Origin: Candidatus Eiseniibacteriota bacterium
GTDB taxonomy: Bacteria > Eisenbacteria > RBG-16-71-46 > SZUA-252
Direction of reading: 5' to 3'
NCBI GenBank assembly: GCA_963703225.1
Contig: OY969801.1
Location: forward strand, 2,208,001 to 2,272,000
DNA: 64,000 nucleotides
Shown: piece by piece, positions 42,902 through 51,996 of the stretch
Position numbering within the stretch: the first letter of the stretch is position 1
How the letters are laid out: every line of letters begins with the position of its first letter
Program-made: the position numbers and the translations under genes
The notes under the pieces: model-generated
The model's database searches: none
Told to the model about the DNA's origin: nothing
What the model saw: only the letters and a program-made list of their open reading frames with translations

Positions 42902-43030
42902 ACCCTCTTAGCCCAGAGGTTCGCATGGGACTCCGCGCCGGGTGGTGAGGACCTGAGGCGGGCCAGCGGGCAGGCAAAGCGACCGAGGACCCTTCTCCCC
43001 GGGTGATCGCCCGTCGTGGGGGCAATCCGC
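42902..43030 (-). repeat. Structured ~130-nt repeat, copy 3
   Basis: Full-length match to copy 1 with small indels. Confidence 0.9.
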
Positions 43031-43355
43031 TTCCTATCGAGGCATAGCTACCCCTAGAATTAGGTTCAGAGCGGTAGGGAGGCATCCAAGTACGGCTACA
43101 GACACGCCCCGCATCCACTCCGGGGGTAAGTCGCTCATTCGTCGCGGGAATGTCGCGGATCGAAATGGTGACTTTCTCCAATACTGGTGCGGGTTGTCGC
43201 GGTGTCGCGTTTCATTTGGAGGAGTGAGAAGAAAGGAGAGCAGGGGGAGCAGAAACAGGGTGGGCCTGGGCGGTTAGGTTACCGAATGGTGACCGCAGCC
43301 TGTAGATCGCTAGCGAGGACCTGATCTTCGAGGAACCGCAATTCATTGCAGGTCA

Positions 43356-43443
43356 TGGCGGAGGGGGTAGGATTCGAACCCACGGTGCCTTGCGGCACAG
43401 CGGTTTTCAAGACCGCCGCCTTAAACCACTCGGCCACCCCTCC
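43356..43443 (-). tRNA. tRNA-Ser(UGA), intact
   Basis: GCGGT-CTTGAAA-ACCGC, long variable arm, GCCA end. Confidence 0.96.
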
Positions 43444-43608
43444 GCGCGCTGCAGTGCAGCATCTTAGCTGAAACGACGGCGGTGGCGCTCGCGGGCAACA
43501 ACGCTTATGCCGCGCATACGCGGGACGATTTGGGGCCGACTTGCTCGCGCGGAAGTATCCGAGGGCGAATCGCATTGACATCGTCAGGCCCGCGACACCG
43601 CAGCGCGC

Positions 43609-45633
43609 CTACTGAAGTACCGCGATCCGTCCTGTGAGCGCTCCGTCGGGTGTATCCACTCGGTAGAAGTACACGCCGGAAGAGACGCCACCGCCACCCG
43701 CCCCACCTACGTCGATCCTCACTTCGTGGAATCCAGCCGGCAGCACGCATCGCGGGAGGAGCGCCCGTACCAGCCGCCCCTGAAGGTCGAAGAGCTGCAC
43801 ACCGACCGTTCCTGGCCGCGATGTCTTGAACGTCAATGTGCCTGCCGGGTTCAGGGGATTGGGGACGACCAAAGCACCGCCGGTACGTCGGGGCGGCTCC
43901 ACAAGCCGCACCAGGTCGGAGCCCCCGAACCGCTGCCCCGTTATCAGCGATCCCGTTACCGCCACTTCATTCACCCCCGGCACGAGGTGAGGCAGCAGTG
44001 CATCTCGGCTGAACTTGAGCATCAGCTCTGGAATCCCGTCCTTGTCGAAGTCCCCTCCCGCTCTGGGTCTCGCCTCTGCGGGCACGGACCCCGCGAGGCG
44101 AACGGAGGAGATGTCGACGGCCTGCGGGTCGAACTCGCTGGACTCGATGTAGGCGGTCAGCCGGGCGCCGCCTCCCGATGCGTGGATCACGTTCGGGTCC
44201 AGATTCAGTGCGGCCGCGAGCAAGGCGCGTGGCGTGCCCAGGACAAACGCGCGTCCGGCGTCCGGCCCTCCGCTGTCGCTCCCGTGCGCTCCCACGACCA
44301 GGTCCGCGCGACCGTCGTCGTCCACGTCGCCAGCCGTCCCGACGGAGGAGCCGAAGAAATCGTCCGCGGGCGCCGTGAGCACGAGATCGGGAGAGGCGTC
44401 GGCGCTCGGGCCACCGAGGTAGACGCACACGCGACCCGGTCGCTCCGAGCCGGCGACAAAGTGGGACGATCCCGCGAGGATGTCGGCGTAACCGTCTCCG
44501 TCCACGTCCCCCGCGGTTCCCACCGAAACTCCGAAGAAGAGGGAGGGCGGCTCTCCAGCAAGCGTGAGGTCCGCCAGGGCGTCTGCTGCGGGCCCCCCGT
44601 AGTACACGTACGCGCGTCCCGCCTTTTCTCCGTCGTCACTGTTGAAGGGCGCGCCCACCATGATGTCGGCGTATCCATCACTGTTCACGTCTCCCGCTGT
44701 CCCAACAGAGGACCCGAACTGGTCGGCCTCCCCGGCTCCGGTGAGAACGAGATCCGCCGTTGCGTCCGCACCGGGACCGCCAAAGTACACGTAGGCACGG
44801 CCTGCGTCCCCCCCGCCCGAGGCGTTCGTCGGAGCGCCTACGATGAGGTCAGCGTATCCATCACCGTTCACGTCCCTCGCCGCTCCGACCGAGGCGCCGA
44901 AGTGATCGCCTTCGACTTCGCCGCTGAGAACGAGGTCAGGCACGGCGTCGGCGCGCGGCCCGCCGAAATACACGTAGGCGCTACCCGCCAGGCCCTCCCC
45001 CGGTTGACAGACTCTTCCAAAGATGTCGCAAGGGTCGGCCGGCGCGCCGACGATAACGTCGTCATAGCCGTCCCCGTTCCAGTCCCCGGCGGCCCCCACG
45101 GCGACCCCGAACCCCTCCGATGCCACCATCCGCGTGAGGACAAGGTCGGCGACGACGTCCGGAGGCGTACCCCCGTAGTATACGTAGGCTCGATCACTCG
45201 CGCCCACGATCACGTCGGCATAGCCGTCCCCGTTCACGTCGCCGGCTGCGGCGACGGCGGCCCCAAGCCCGAGTCCCGCCGACGTGCCGGTGAACGCTAT
45301 GCCTGCTACTCCGTCGGTACGGGGGCCACCGTAATACAGGTAAGCTCGCCCCGCCTGGCTGCCACCGGCATCGTTTCCGTGCGCACCGATGATCACGTCG
45401 GCGTAGCCGTCCCCGTTCACGTCGCCGGCCGCGGCGACGGCCGAGCCCAGGTCGTCGCCGGCGGCCTCGCCCGTCACGACGAACAGGGTGTCGACGGAGA
45501 TCGCCTGGACCTCAGGCGCGCCCGCAAACAGGAGGAGGCCTACCGTGATCGGGAAAAGTGCGGCGGCGCCTGGGGCCGGCCCGAGGCGATAGTCGGTTCG
45601 ACAATGCAATAGGAACGTGCGCATCGCAGCCAT
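43609..45633 (-). CDS. FG-GAP (integrin-alpha-like) seven-repeat protein with C-terminal FlgD/T9SS-type sorting domain
   Basis: Seven AGD.N/DGDG.AD...GA repeats; C-terminal PNP.NP...FDLQGRLVR.L...SGVYFYR. Confidence 0.88.
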   Translation of the reverse strand: MAAMRTFLLHCRTDYRLGPAPGAAALFPITVGLLLFAGAPEVQAISVDTLFVVTGEAAGDDLGSAVAAAGDVNGDGYADVIIGAHGNDAGGSQAGRAYLYYGGPRTDGVAGIAFTGTSAGLGLGAAVAAAGDVNGDGYADVIVGASDRAYVYYGGTPPDVVADLVLTRMVASEGFGVAVGAAGDWNGDGYDDVIVGAPADPCDIFGRVCQPGEGLAGSAYVYFGGPRADAVPDLVLSGEVEGDHFGASVGAARDVNGDGYADLIVGAPTNASGGGDAGRAYVYFGGPGADATADLVLTGAGEADQFGSSVGTAGDVNSDGYADIMVGAPFNSDDGEKAGRAYVYYGGPAADALADLTLAGEPPSLFFGVSVGTAGDVDGDGYADILAGSSHFVAGSERPGRVCVYLGGPSADASPDLVLTAPADDFFGSSVGTAGDVDDDGRADLVVGAHGSDSGGPDAGRAFVLGTPRALLAAALNLDPNVIHASGGGARLTAYIESSEFDPQAVDISSVRLAGSVPAEARPRAGGDFDKDGIPELMLKFSRDALLPHLVPGVNEVAVTGSLITGQRFGGSDLVRLVEPPRRTGGALVVPNPLNPAGTLTFKTSRPGTVGVQLFDLQGRLVRALLPRCVLPAGFHEVRIDVGGAGGGGVSSGVYFYRVDTPDGALTGRIAVLQ

Positions 45634-45861
45634 GGAACGCTCCTTTCCGCAAAGGCCGGAGCGGGGGACCGGATCTGGAGGGACGCTGGCGCCGGATCGG
45701 AACGCGTCACCTGGGGGAGGTGTACGCGCCTCCAACAATCGATTCTAACATCCCGCCGATCATACGCCCACCTAACCCAACGGCATCGGAGTGCTGCTAC
45801 AGTTTTGCTACAGTCTCAATGCTCCCAAAGACGCCCCACCAGCTACCGCGGGCTCCGGACG

Positions 45862-45902
45862 CGAGAACGCCCCGCAGGGCCCAACCCCTTGGGGCGTTCT
45901 CG
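45862..45902. repeat. 12-bp inverted repeat next to the att site
   Basis: CGAGAACGCCCC ... GGGGCGTTCTCG. Confidence 0.6.
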
Positions 45903-45957
45903 AACAGCTTGAGCGAAGCGGACTTGGCCGGCCCCCGGCATCCCGGGCCATATCGAA

Positions 45958-46000
45958 TTTCAAGACCGCCGCCTTAAACCACTCGGCCACCCCTCCGCGC
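45958..46000 (-). repeat. Orphan 5' half of tRNA-Ser(UGA) (att site)
   Basis: Identical to 43405-43447; ends just after the anticodon (GGTCTTGAAA). Confidence 0.9.
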
Positions 46001-46126
46001 TTGCGACGCAACAGGATATGCGATCCCCCTAGAACATGCACGGAGCGGTGTAGTCTACGATGTAGTTTCCCGCACGGAAAACCGCGTCCGCGTAGAGCCA
46101 GGCGGCCGACCGCGAGATCGACGACT

Positions 46127-46642
46127 TCATGACCGTCCCACGCTCGCGCCCAGGGTGACGAGAAGCTCGTCCAGTTGCTCGAACGTCTCTCCCATCGCAT
46201 CCGCCGCCCCGGTGCCGGCGGCGTCGAGAGCTTCCTTCGAGGGATAGAACTCGCGCATGACCAGCAACGTCTTGCCGCCTTTTTCCGCGAAGGTCACCGT
46301 CGTGACGGAACCCTCGTCACTTTCCTCATTGGTCCAGACGAGGCGCGAGTGCGGTGCTACTTCCTTGTACGTGCCGAAGAACGCCGACTGTGAGTCCCCG
46401 TGTGCGAACTCCAAACGGTACCTGCCCCCGACACGAACATCCATTTCGCAGGAAAGCAGGGACATTCCCATCGACTTCGGCACCCACCACTGCCTGAACA
46501 GCTCGGGCTTGGTCCACGCCTCGAACACGAGGCGCGCCGGGCCGTTGAAGGTTCGTGTAACGACTAACTCCCGCTCGGACTTCCGTTCCACCGTCGTGCG
46601 GTTCTCCATGGGGGTAGGCTCACTCTCTCTTCTTGCGTCCAT
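46127..46642 (-). CDS. SRPBCC/Aha1 domain protein
   Basis: ELVVTRTFNGPARLVFEAWTKPE...WW.P..DVRVGG.Y. Confidence 0.92.
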   Translation of the reverse strand: MDARRESEPTPMENRTTVERKSERELVVTRTFNGPARLVFEAWTKPELFRQWWVPKSMGMSLLSCEMDVRVGGRYRLEFAHGDSQSAFFGTYKEVAPHSRLVWTNEESDEGSVTTVTFAEKGGKTLLVMREFYPSKEALDAAGTGAADAMGETFEQLDELLVTLGASVGRS

Positions 46643-46985
46643 CGACCTTCTCCTTCCGTTTTAGTTCCTCAACAACTCTGTCCAGCTCGTCGAAGCGTGC
46701 ATCCCAGAGCTGGCGGTACCTCTTGATCCATGCCGACTCTTCCTCCAGTCGGCGCAGGCCGAGCTTGCAGGTCCGCACGCGCCCGACCTTCTCCGTGGTG
46801 ACGAGACCCGCCTGCTCCAAGACGCCGACGTGCTTCTTCATGCCCGTCAGGGTCATGTGGAATTTCTCGGCAAGGTCCGTGATCGAAGCGTCCGCACGCC
46901 CGAGCTGCTCCAGAACGCCGCGTCGGGTGGCGTCCGAGAGCGCTGCGAACGAGGCATCGAAGCCGGTCCGGACATACTGAACCAT
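46620..46985 (-). CDS. ArsR/SmtB family transcriptional regulator
   Basis: FAALSDATRR.VL..L, KHVGVLEQAGLV...KVGRVR. Confidence 0.92.
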   Translation of the reverse strand: MVQYVRTGFDASFAALSDATRRGVLEQLGRADASITDLAEKFHMTLTGMKKHVGVLEQAGLVTTEKVGRVRTCKLGLRRLEEESAWIKRYRQLWDARFDELDRVVEELKRKEKVDGRKKRE

Positions 46986-47021
46986 GTGGTTCAGTATATA
47001 ACACGGAAAAGCAGCATGCAA
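46974..47021 (-). promoter_or_regulatory. Leaderless sigma70 promoter with overlapping palindromic operator
   Basis: TTGCAT-17-TATACT, 7 nt before ATG; perfect 11-2-11 palindrome ATACTGAACCA-TG-TGGTTCAGTAT. Confidence 0.75.
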
Positions 47022-47198
47022 GGGGAGGCTGAGCGCGCGCTGCGCGGCGCACGCGCGCGCTGAAGTTCCCTCGAGGCGCCGTCGCGGCACAACTCCTCTT
47101 GAGCCGGTGACATCTGTCCTGCATGATTACCGCTAGGATGCCACCCACGCCAGCGGCGCGGTGGAACAAGAATCGGCCCGCACGCTTCGTAAGTCACG

Positions 47199-48986
47199 GT
47201 GAGACAAGTGAAACCGACCGATACCCGAAATCCCGATTACTTCCATAAGGTCGTCGATTGCCAGTGGGCCTGCCCCGCGCACACGAACGTGCCGGAATAT
47301 ATCCGGATGATTGCCCAAGGGCGCTACACCGACGCCTATATGCTGAACCGGGAGTCCAACGTGTTTCCCGGCATCCTGGGCCGCACCTGCGACCGTCCCT
47401 GCGAGCCCGCCTGCCGGCGCGGGCGGCTCGAGGGAGATAAACCCGTAGCCATTTGCCGGCTCAAGCGGGTGGCCGCCGACCTCAAAGGCGAGATCGGCCA
47501 TCTCTTGCCCAAAGCTCCGGCCCAGAAGAACGGGAAGCGGGTGGCTCTGATCGGAGCCGGTCCGGCATCCCTGACCGTGGCCAACGATCTGATGCCCTTG
47601 GGCTACGGCGTGGTGCTTTTCGAAAAATACGACAAGCCCGGAGGGCTGATGCGCACCAACATCCCCTCCTTCCGCCTCCCCGAGAAGGTGCTCCAGGAGG
47701 AGTCCGATGCGATCTTGGACATGGGGGTCGACGTTCGTTACAAGTCCCCGGTCACGAGTATGCGGACGCTCCTAGAGGAACGATTCGACGCCGTCTTCGT
47801 CGGCAGCGGCGCCCCCCGCGGCAAGGATCTGCAGCTCCCAGGACGCTCCGAGGCGGCCCCCAACATCCACATCGGTATCGACTGGCTCGAATCGCTCGCG
47901 TTCAAGCACATCGACAAGATCGGCGAGCGGGTATTGATCATCGGTGTCGGCAACACCGCTATGGACTGCTGCCGCTCGGCGCGACGATTGGGGGGCCGGG
48001 ATATCAAGGTGATGGCCCGCCGCCCGCGGGGTTTCTTCAAAGCTTCCCCTTGGGAGCTAGAAGATGCCGAAGAGGAGGGAATTGAAATCCTCGTCAACCA
48101 CGCCCCGAAGCGTTTCGTGCTGGAAGGTGGGAAACTGGTCGGAATGGAATTCGAGCGGTTGGAGTGGGACACCGACGCCAGACATTCGAGGACAGCCGAT
48201 CCCGTCATTCTCCCTTGCGATGACGTGATCCTGGCCATCGGTCAGGAGGCGGCCTTTCCCTGGATCGAGCGGGATATCGGCATCGAATTCGGCGAGCAAG
48301 GCCTCCCCGTCGTGGATGAGTCCACCTTTATGTCCACCCGGCCCGGCGTCTTCTTCGGGGGCGACGCGCCCTGGGGCCCGAAGAACATCATTTGGGCCGT
48401 CGCCCACGGGCACGAAGCCGCTATCTCCATTCATCAGTATGCGCACGGCGAGCCGTTGACCCTCCGGCCGCCCCGCGGTCTGAATCTAACGAGTCAGAAG
48501 ATGGGAATATCGGAGTGGAGCTATTCCAACGACTTCAATCCTGTGCTGCGCCAGAAGATGAAGCATGTCGATCTGGCGAAGCGCTTTCGGGAATTGTCCA
48601 TCGAGGTGGAGCTCGGCTTCACGCCCGAGCAGGCCGCCCGCGAAGTAGAGCGCTGTCTAAATTGCGACGTGCAGACCGTTTTTGCCGCTCCGCGCTGCAT
48701 CGAGTGCGATGCCTGCATCGACGTCTGCCCCGTCCACTGCCTGACCATCGCCCGCGACGGCGAGGAGAAGGATCTGAGGAACCGGCTCACGGCCCCCGCC
48801 ATCAACCCCGAGCAGGCCCTCTTTGTCTCCGAAGAGCTGCCCCAGACGAAACGGCTGATGCTCAAAGATGAGAATATCTGCGTGCATTGCGGACTCTGCG
48901 CCGAGCGTTGTCCCACCGCTGCCTGGGACATGCAAAAGTCGGATGTCCTCCTGCCCTACGCTGGGAACCGCACATGCCCGAAGTGA
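47199..48986 (+). CDS. GltD/SudA-like FAD/NAD(P)H oxidoreductase with C-terminal ferredoxin domain
   Basis: CQWACPAH, GRTCDRPCE..C, GAGPAS, GVGNTAMD, two CxxCxxCxxxCP motifs. Confidence 0.9.
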   Translation: MRQVKPTDTRNPDYFHKVVDCQWACPAHTNVPEYIRMIAQGRYTDAYMLNRESNVFPGILGRTCDRPCEPACRRGRLEGDKPVAICRLKRVAADLKGEIGHLLPKAPAQKNGKRVALIGAGPASLTVANDLMPLGYGVVLFEKYDKPGGLMRTNIPSFRLPEKVLQEESDAILDMGVDVRYKSPVTSMRTLLEERFDAVFVGSGAPRGKDLQLPGRSEAAPNIHIGIDWLESLAFKHIDKIGERVLIIGVGNTAMDCCRSARRLGGRDIKVMARRPRGFFKASPWELEDAEEEGIEILVNHAPKRFVLEGGKLVGMEFERLEWDTDARHSRTADPVILPCDDVILAIGQEAAFPWIERDIGIEFGEQGLPVVDESTFMSTRPGVFFGGDAPWGPKNIIWAVAHGHEAAISIHQYAHGEPLTLRPPRGLNLTSQKMGISEWSYSNDFNPVLRQKMKHVDLAKRFRELSIEVELGFTPEQAAREVERCLNCDVQTVFAAPRCIECDACIDVCPVHCLTIARDGEEKDLRNRLTAPAINPEQALFVSEELPQTKRLMLKDENICVHCGLCAERCPTAAWDMQKSDVLLPYAGNRTCPK

Positions 48987-50863
48987 ATTCCCGCGTAAAC
49001 GATTTCGCCTTCAAGCTGGCCAACGTCAACGGCACTGGCTCGGCCTCCGCGAACGGGCTGCTGATGCAGGCGATCTTTCGGATGGGGATTCCCGTCTCCG
49101 GCAAGAACCTCTTTCCGTCCAACATACAGGGGCTCCCCACCTGGTATGAAATCCGGGTGAACAAGAACGGCCGGACCGCCCGGGCGTTGGAATATGACTT
49201 GATCGTCGCCATGAACGCTCAGACGTACGCGCGCGACGTCAAGGAAGTTCGCCCGGGGGGCTACCTGCTCTTCGACTCGACTTGGCCTCTCGAAAAGGGC
49301 CTCCAGCGTCCGGACGTGACCTTCTTGGGCGTTCCGTTCGCTCAGCTCTGCGTCGAACACTTCCAAGAGCCGCGCGAGCGGATCCTCATGAAGAACATAG
49401 CCTACACGGGCAGCGTGATCGCCCTTCTGGACATCGAGCTGAGCGTGGCCGAAGAGCTCCTGCAGGAAACGTTCGGTAAGAAGAAGGCCCTGCTCGAGTC
49501 CAACCACAAAGCGTTGAGGCTGGGCTATGACTCCGCCAAGCAAGACCTCGAGTGCCCCCTCCCGTTCCGGGTGCAGAGGATGAACGCCAACGGCGATAAG
49601 ATCTTGATCGACGGAAACACAGCCACCGCCCTGGGAGCGCTTTATGCGGGCTGCACGGTCGCGGCCTGGTATCCGATTACGCCCGCGACCTCCGTGATGG
49701 AGTCGTTCAAGAGCCTGTGCGAGCGCTACCGCAAAGACCCCCAAACCGGGAAGAACAACTTCGCGATTCTGCAGGCCGAAGACGAGCTCGCGGCCATCGG
49801 CATCGTCATCGGCGCGGGCTGGGCCGGCGCCCGTGCCTTCACCTCCACTGCAGGGCCGGGCGTTTCCTTGATGAACGAGTTCCTTGGGCTCGCCTACTAC
49901 GCAGAAATCCCGGCGGTCCTGGTGGACGTGCAACGGGTCGGCCCCTCCACCGGAATGCCGACCCGAACCCAGCAGGCCGACCTGCTCCTCTGCGCCTACG
50001 CATCCCACGGCGATACCAAGCATATCTTGTTATTCCCGGCCCATCCGGCCGAGTGTTTCGAGTTCGCCGTGAAATCGTTCGACCTGGCCGAGAAATTCCA
50101 GACGCCGGTGATTCTAATGAGTGATCTGGATATCGGGATGAACGACTGGGTGGTGCCTCGCTTATCCTGGGACAACAGCTACAAACCCGACCGCGGGCGC
50201 GTGCTCTCCGCCGAGCAGATCGAGAAACTGACCGCCTTCCACCGCTACTCGGACGAGGACGAAAATTTCGTGACGCCCCGCACTCTTCCGGGGGTCTCTC
50301 CCAAAGGGGCGTATCTGACGCGCGGCTCCGGACATAACCGGCTGGGCGGCTACACCGAGCTGCCCGAAGAGTATCAGGATGTTGTCGACCGGCTCGCCAA
50401 GAAGCACCGTGCCGCGGCCCAGTTCATTCCTCCTCCGGTCATCGACTTGTCCCGGAGCTCGCATGGGAAGCGGAAGGGGAAAGCGCCGTTCTCCCTCGTT
50501 ACCCTGGGCGGGTGCGACGCGGCCGTCCGCGAGGCCCTCGATCTGTTGTCGGAGCAGGGAATCCCCGGCGACTACATGCGCATCCGCGGCTTCCCGTTCG
50601 GTGCCGAGGTGGAAACGTTCTTGAACGCCCACAACGTCAATTACATCGTAGAACAGAACCGCGACCACCAGCTGAAGTCCCTGATCGCACTGGAAACGAA
50701 CGTCCCCAAGGAAAAGCTCGAGTCGTTGCTCTATTACGGCGGCTATCCCCTGAGTGCCGGTCAAGTCGTGGAGGGCTTCCTGTCGGCCATCGGAAGACAG
50801 GATGGTGAAACCGCGCGCCGTCTCGGGGGCATGCCGAAGGCCCTGAGCGGGGCCGAAGGATGA
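48974..50863 (+). CDS. 2-oxoacid:acceptor oxidoreductase alpha subunit (gamma-alpha fusion)
   Basis: WYPITPAT, QAEDELAA, QRVGPSTGMPTRTQQAD. Confidence 0.94.
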   Translation: MPEVNSRVNDFAFKLANVNGTGSASANGLLMQAIFRMGIPVSGKNLFPSNIQGLPTWYEIRVNKNGRTARALEYDLIVAMNAQTYARDVKEVRPGGYLLFDSTWPLEKGLQRPDVTFLGVPFAQLCVEHFQEPRERILMKNIAYTGSVIALLDIELSVAEELLQETFGKKKALLESNHKALRLGYDSAKQDLECPLPFRVQRMNANGDKILIDGNTATALGALYAGCTVAAWYPITPATSVMESFKSLCERYRKDPQTGKNNFAILQAEDELAAIGIVIGAGWAGARAFTSTAGPGVSLMNEFLGLAYYAEIPAVLVDVQRVGPSTGMPTRTQQADLLLCAYASHGDTKHILLFPAHPAECFEFAVKSFDLAEKFQTPVILMSDLDIGMNDWVVPRLSWDNSYKPDRGRVLSAEQIEKLTAFHRYSDEDENFVTPRTLPGVSPKGAYLTRGSGHNRLGGYTELPEEYQDVVDRLAKKHRAAAQFIPPPVIDLSRSSHGKRKGKAPFSLVTLGGCDAAVREALDLLSEQGIPGDYMRIRGFPFGAEVETFLNAHNVNYIVEQNRDHQLKSLIALETNVPKEKLESLLYYGGYPLSAGQVVEGFLSAIGRQDGETARRLGGMPKALSGAEG

Positions 50864-50870
50864 GACAGGG

Positions 50871-51920
50871 ATGCCATCGATTTCCAAACCGATAGCCGTC
50901 CACCCGGGTCTGCAAACAAACGACCTCGGGCTGACCGTTCGCGATTACGAAGGGGCGATGTCTACGCTGTGCGCCGGCTGCGGGCACGATTCGGTTACCG
51001 CTGCCTTGATCCGGGCACTCTGGGAGCTTTCCATCCAGCCGCATCGAATCGCCAAGATGAGCGGCATCGGCTGTTCGTCCAAGACCCCGACTTATTTTGC
51101 GTCCGGCGCCCATGGTTTCAACGCCGTACACGGCCGGATGCCCGCCGTGGCCACCGGCGCCGCGGCTGCCAACCGGGAGCTCCACTACATCGGAATCTCC
51201 GGAGACGGCGATTCGCTTTCGATCGGATTAGGACAGATGTCTCACGCCATCCGCCGAAATGTCCGGATGCTCTACGTCATCGAGAACAACGGCGTCTACG
51301 GGCTGACCAAAGGGCAGTTCTCCGCCTCGGCGGATGTCGGATCGAAGTTGAAAAAGGGGGAGGGGAACCGGATGGCGCCGATCGACCCGGTGTTTCTCGG
51401 GCTTTCCATCGGCGCGACATTTGTAGCTCGGAGTTTTTCGGGCGACAAGGAGCAGTTGGTGCCGATTCTGAAGGTCGCTTTGAAGCACCGCGGACTGGCG
51501 CTGGTGGATGTCATTTCCCCTTGCGTCACCTTCAACGACCACGAGGGCTCCACCAAGAGCTACTTGTACACCCGCAGGCACGACAAGCCGGTCGCCCAGG
51601 CCGATTTTGTTCCGCCGGCGGAAGAGATTTCAACTCCGATCGGCAAGGGCGTCACCACAATTGCGATGCACGACGGCGGCCTCGTGCGCTTTTCAGCCGT
51701 TCCGGAAGGGTATGACCCCCGCGACCGGGCCCAAGTCTTTCACTACCTGCAGCATCAGGACCAAGGAGTGATTCCGACCGGGCTCTTGTATTTGGACGAG
51801 TCCGTCCCCGACATGCACGAAATGAACAACACAAGCGACACGCCCCTGGTCCAAGTCCCCTTCGAATTCCTCTGCCCCGGTTCTAGAGCGCTGGAGGAGC
51901 TCATGGAGGATTTTCGATGA
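50871..51920 (+). CDS. 2-oxoacid:ferredoxin oxidoreductase beta subunit
   Basis: LCAGCGH, SGIGCSS, HGR, GDGD..NN.VYGLTKGQ.S, SPCVTFN. Confidence 0.94.
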   Translation: MPSISKPIAVHPGLQTNDLGLTVRDYEGAMSTLCAGCGHDSVTAALIRALWELSIQPHRIAKMSGIGCSSKTPTYFASGAHGFNAVHGRMPAVATGAAAANRELHYIGISGDGDSLSIGLGQMSHAIRRNVRMLYVIENNGVYGLTKGQFSASADVGSKLKKGEGNRMAPIDPVFLGLSIGATFVARSFSGDKEQLVPILKVALKHRGLALVDVISPCVTFNDHEGSTKSYLYTRRHDKPVAQADFVPPAEEISTPIGKGVTTIAMHDGGLVRFSAVPEGYDPRDRAQVFHYLQHQDQGVIPTGLLYLDESVPDMHEMNNTSDTPLVQVPFEFLCPGSRALEELMEDFR

Positions 51921-51938
51921 TCATGAGGCTCTCAGCCT

Positions 51939-51990
51939 TGTGACCGGATCGTGACCATTTGAGCGCCCTCTCCTGCCCTCCCGTGTCCCC
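51939..51990 (+). repeat. 52-bp direct repeat, left copy
   Basis: 48/52 identical to 52723-52774; begins with GTGACC-N5-GTGACC. Confidence 0.88.
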
Positions 51991-51996
51991 CGATGG

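Larger units (their letters stand above)
35871..43355. mobile_element. Integrase-less genomic island at tRNA-Ser(UGA)
   Basis: Bounded by a tRNA 3'-half duplication, paired GTGACC motifs inside both ends, nuclease-type cargo and gene fragments. Confidence 0.8.

Noticed and set aside
42902..42960. Repeat as an HDV-like (theta) ribozyme because of UCCCAUG and GGGCUAAGAGG on the minus strand
   Set aside because: I could not build the nested P1-P2-P3 order by hand, and copy 1 breaks the candidate P1; a descriptor search would settle it.
39533..43030. Repeats as a CRISPR array or classical integron attC sites
   Set aside because: Spacing is kilobases, no cas or intI gene is present, and no RYYYAAC...GTTRRRY ends with a single long hairpin are seen.
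44200..45460. Recurring DNA repeats in the FG-GAP gene as a repeat array or diversity-generating element
   Set aside because: They are the coding blades of the propeller; no reverse transcriptase or adenine-specific TR/VR pair is seen.
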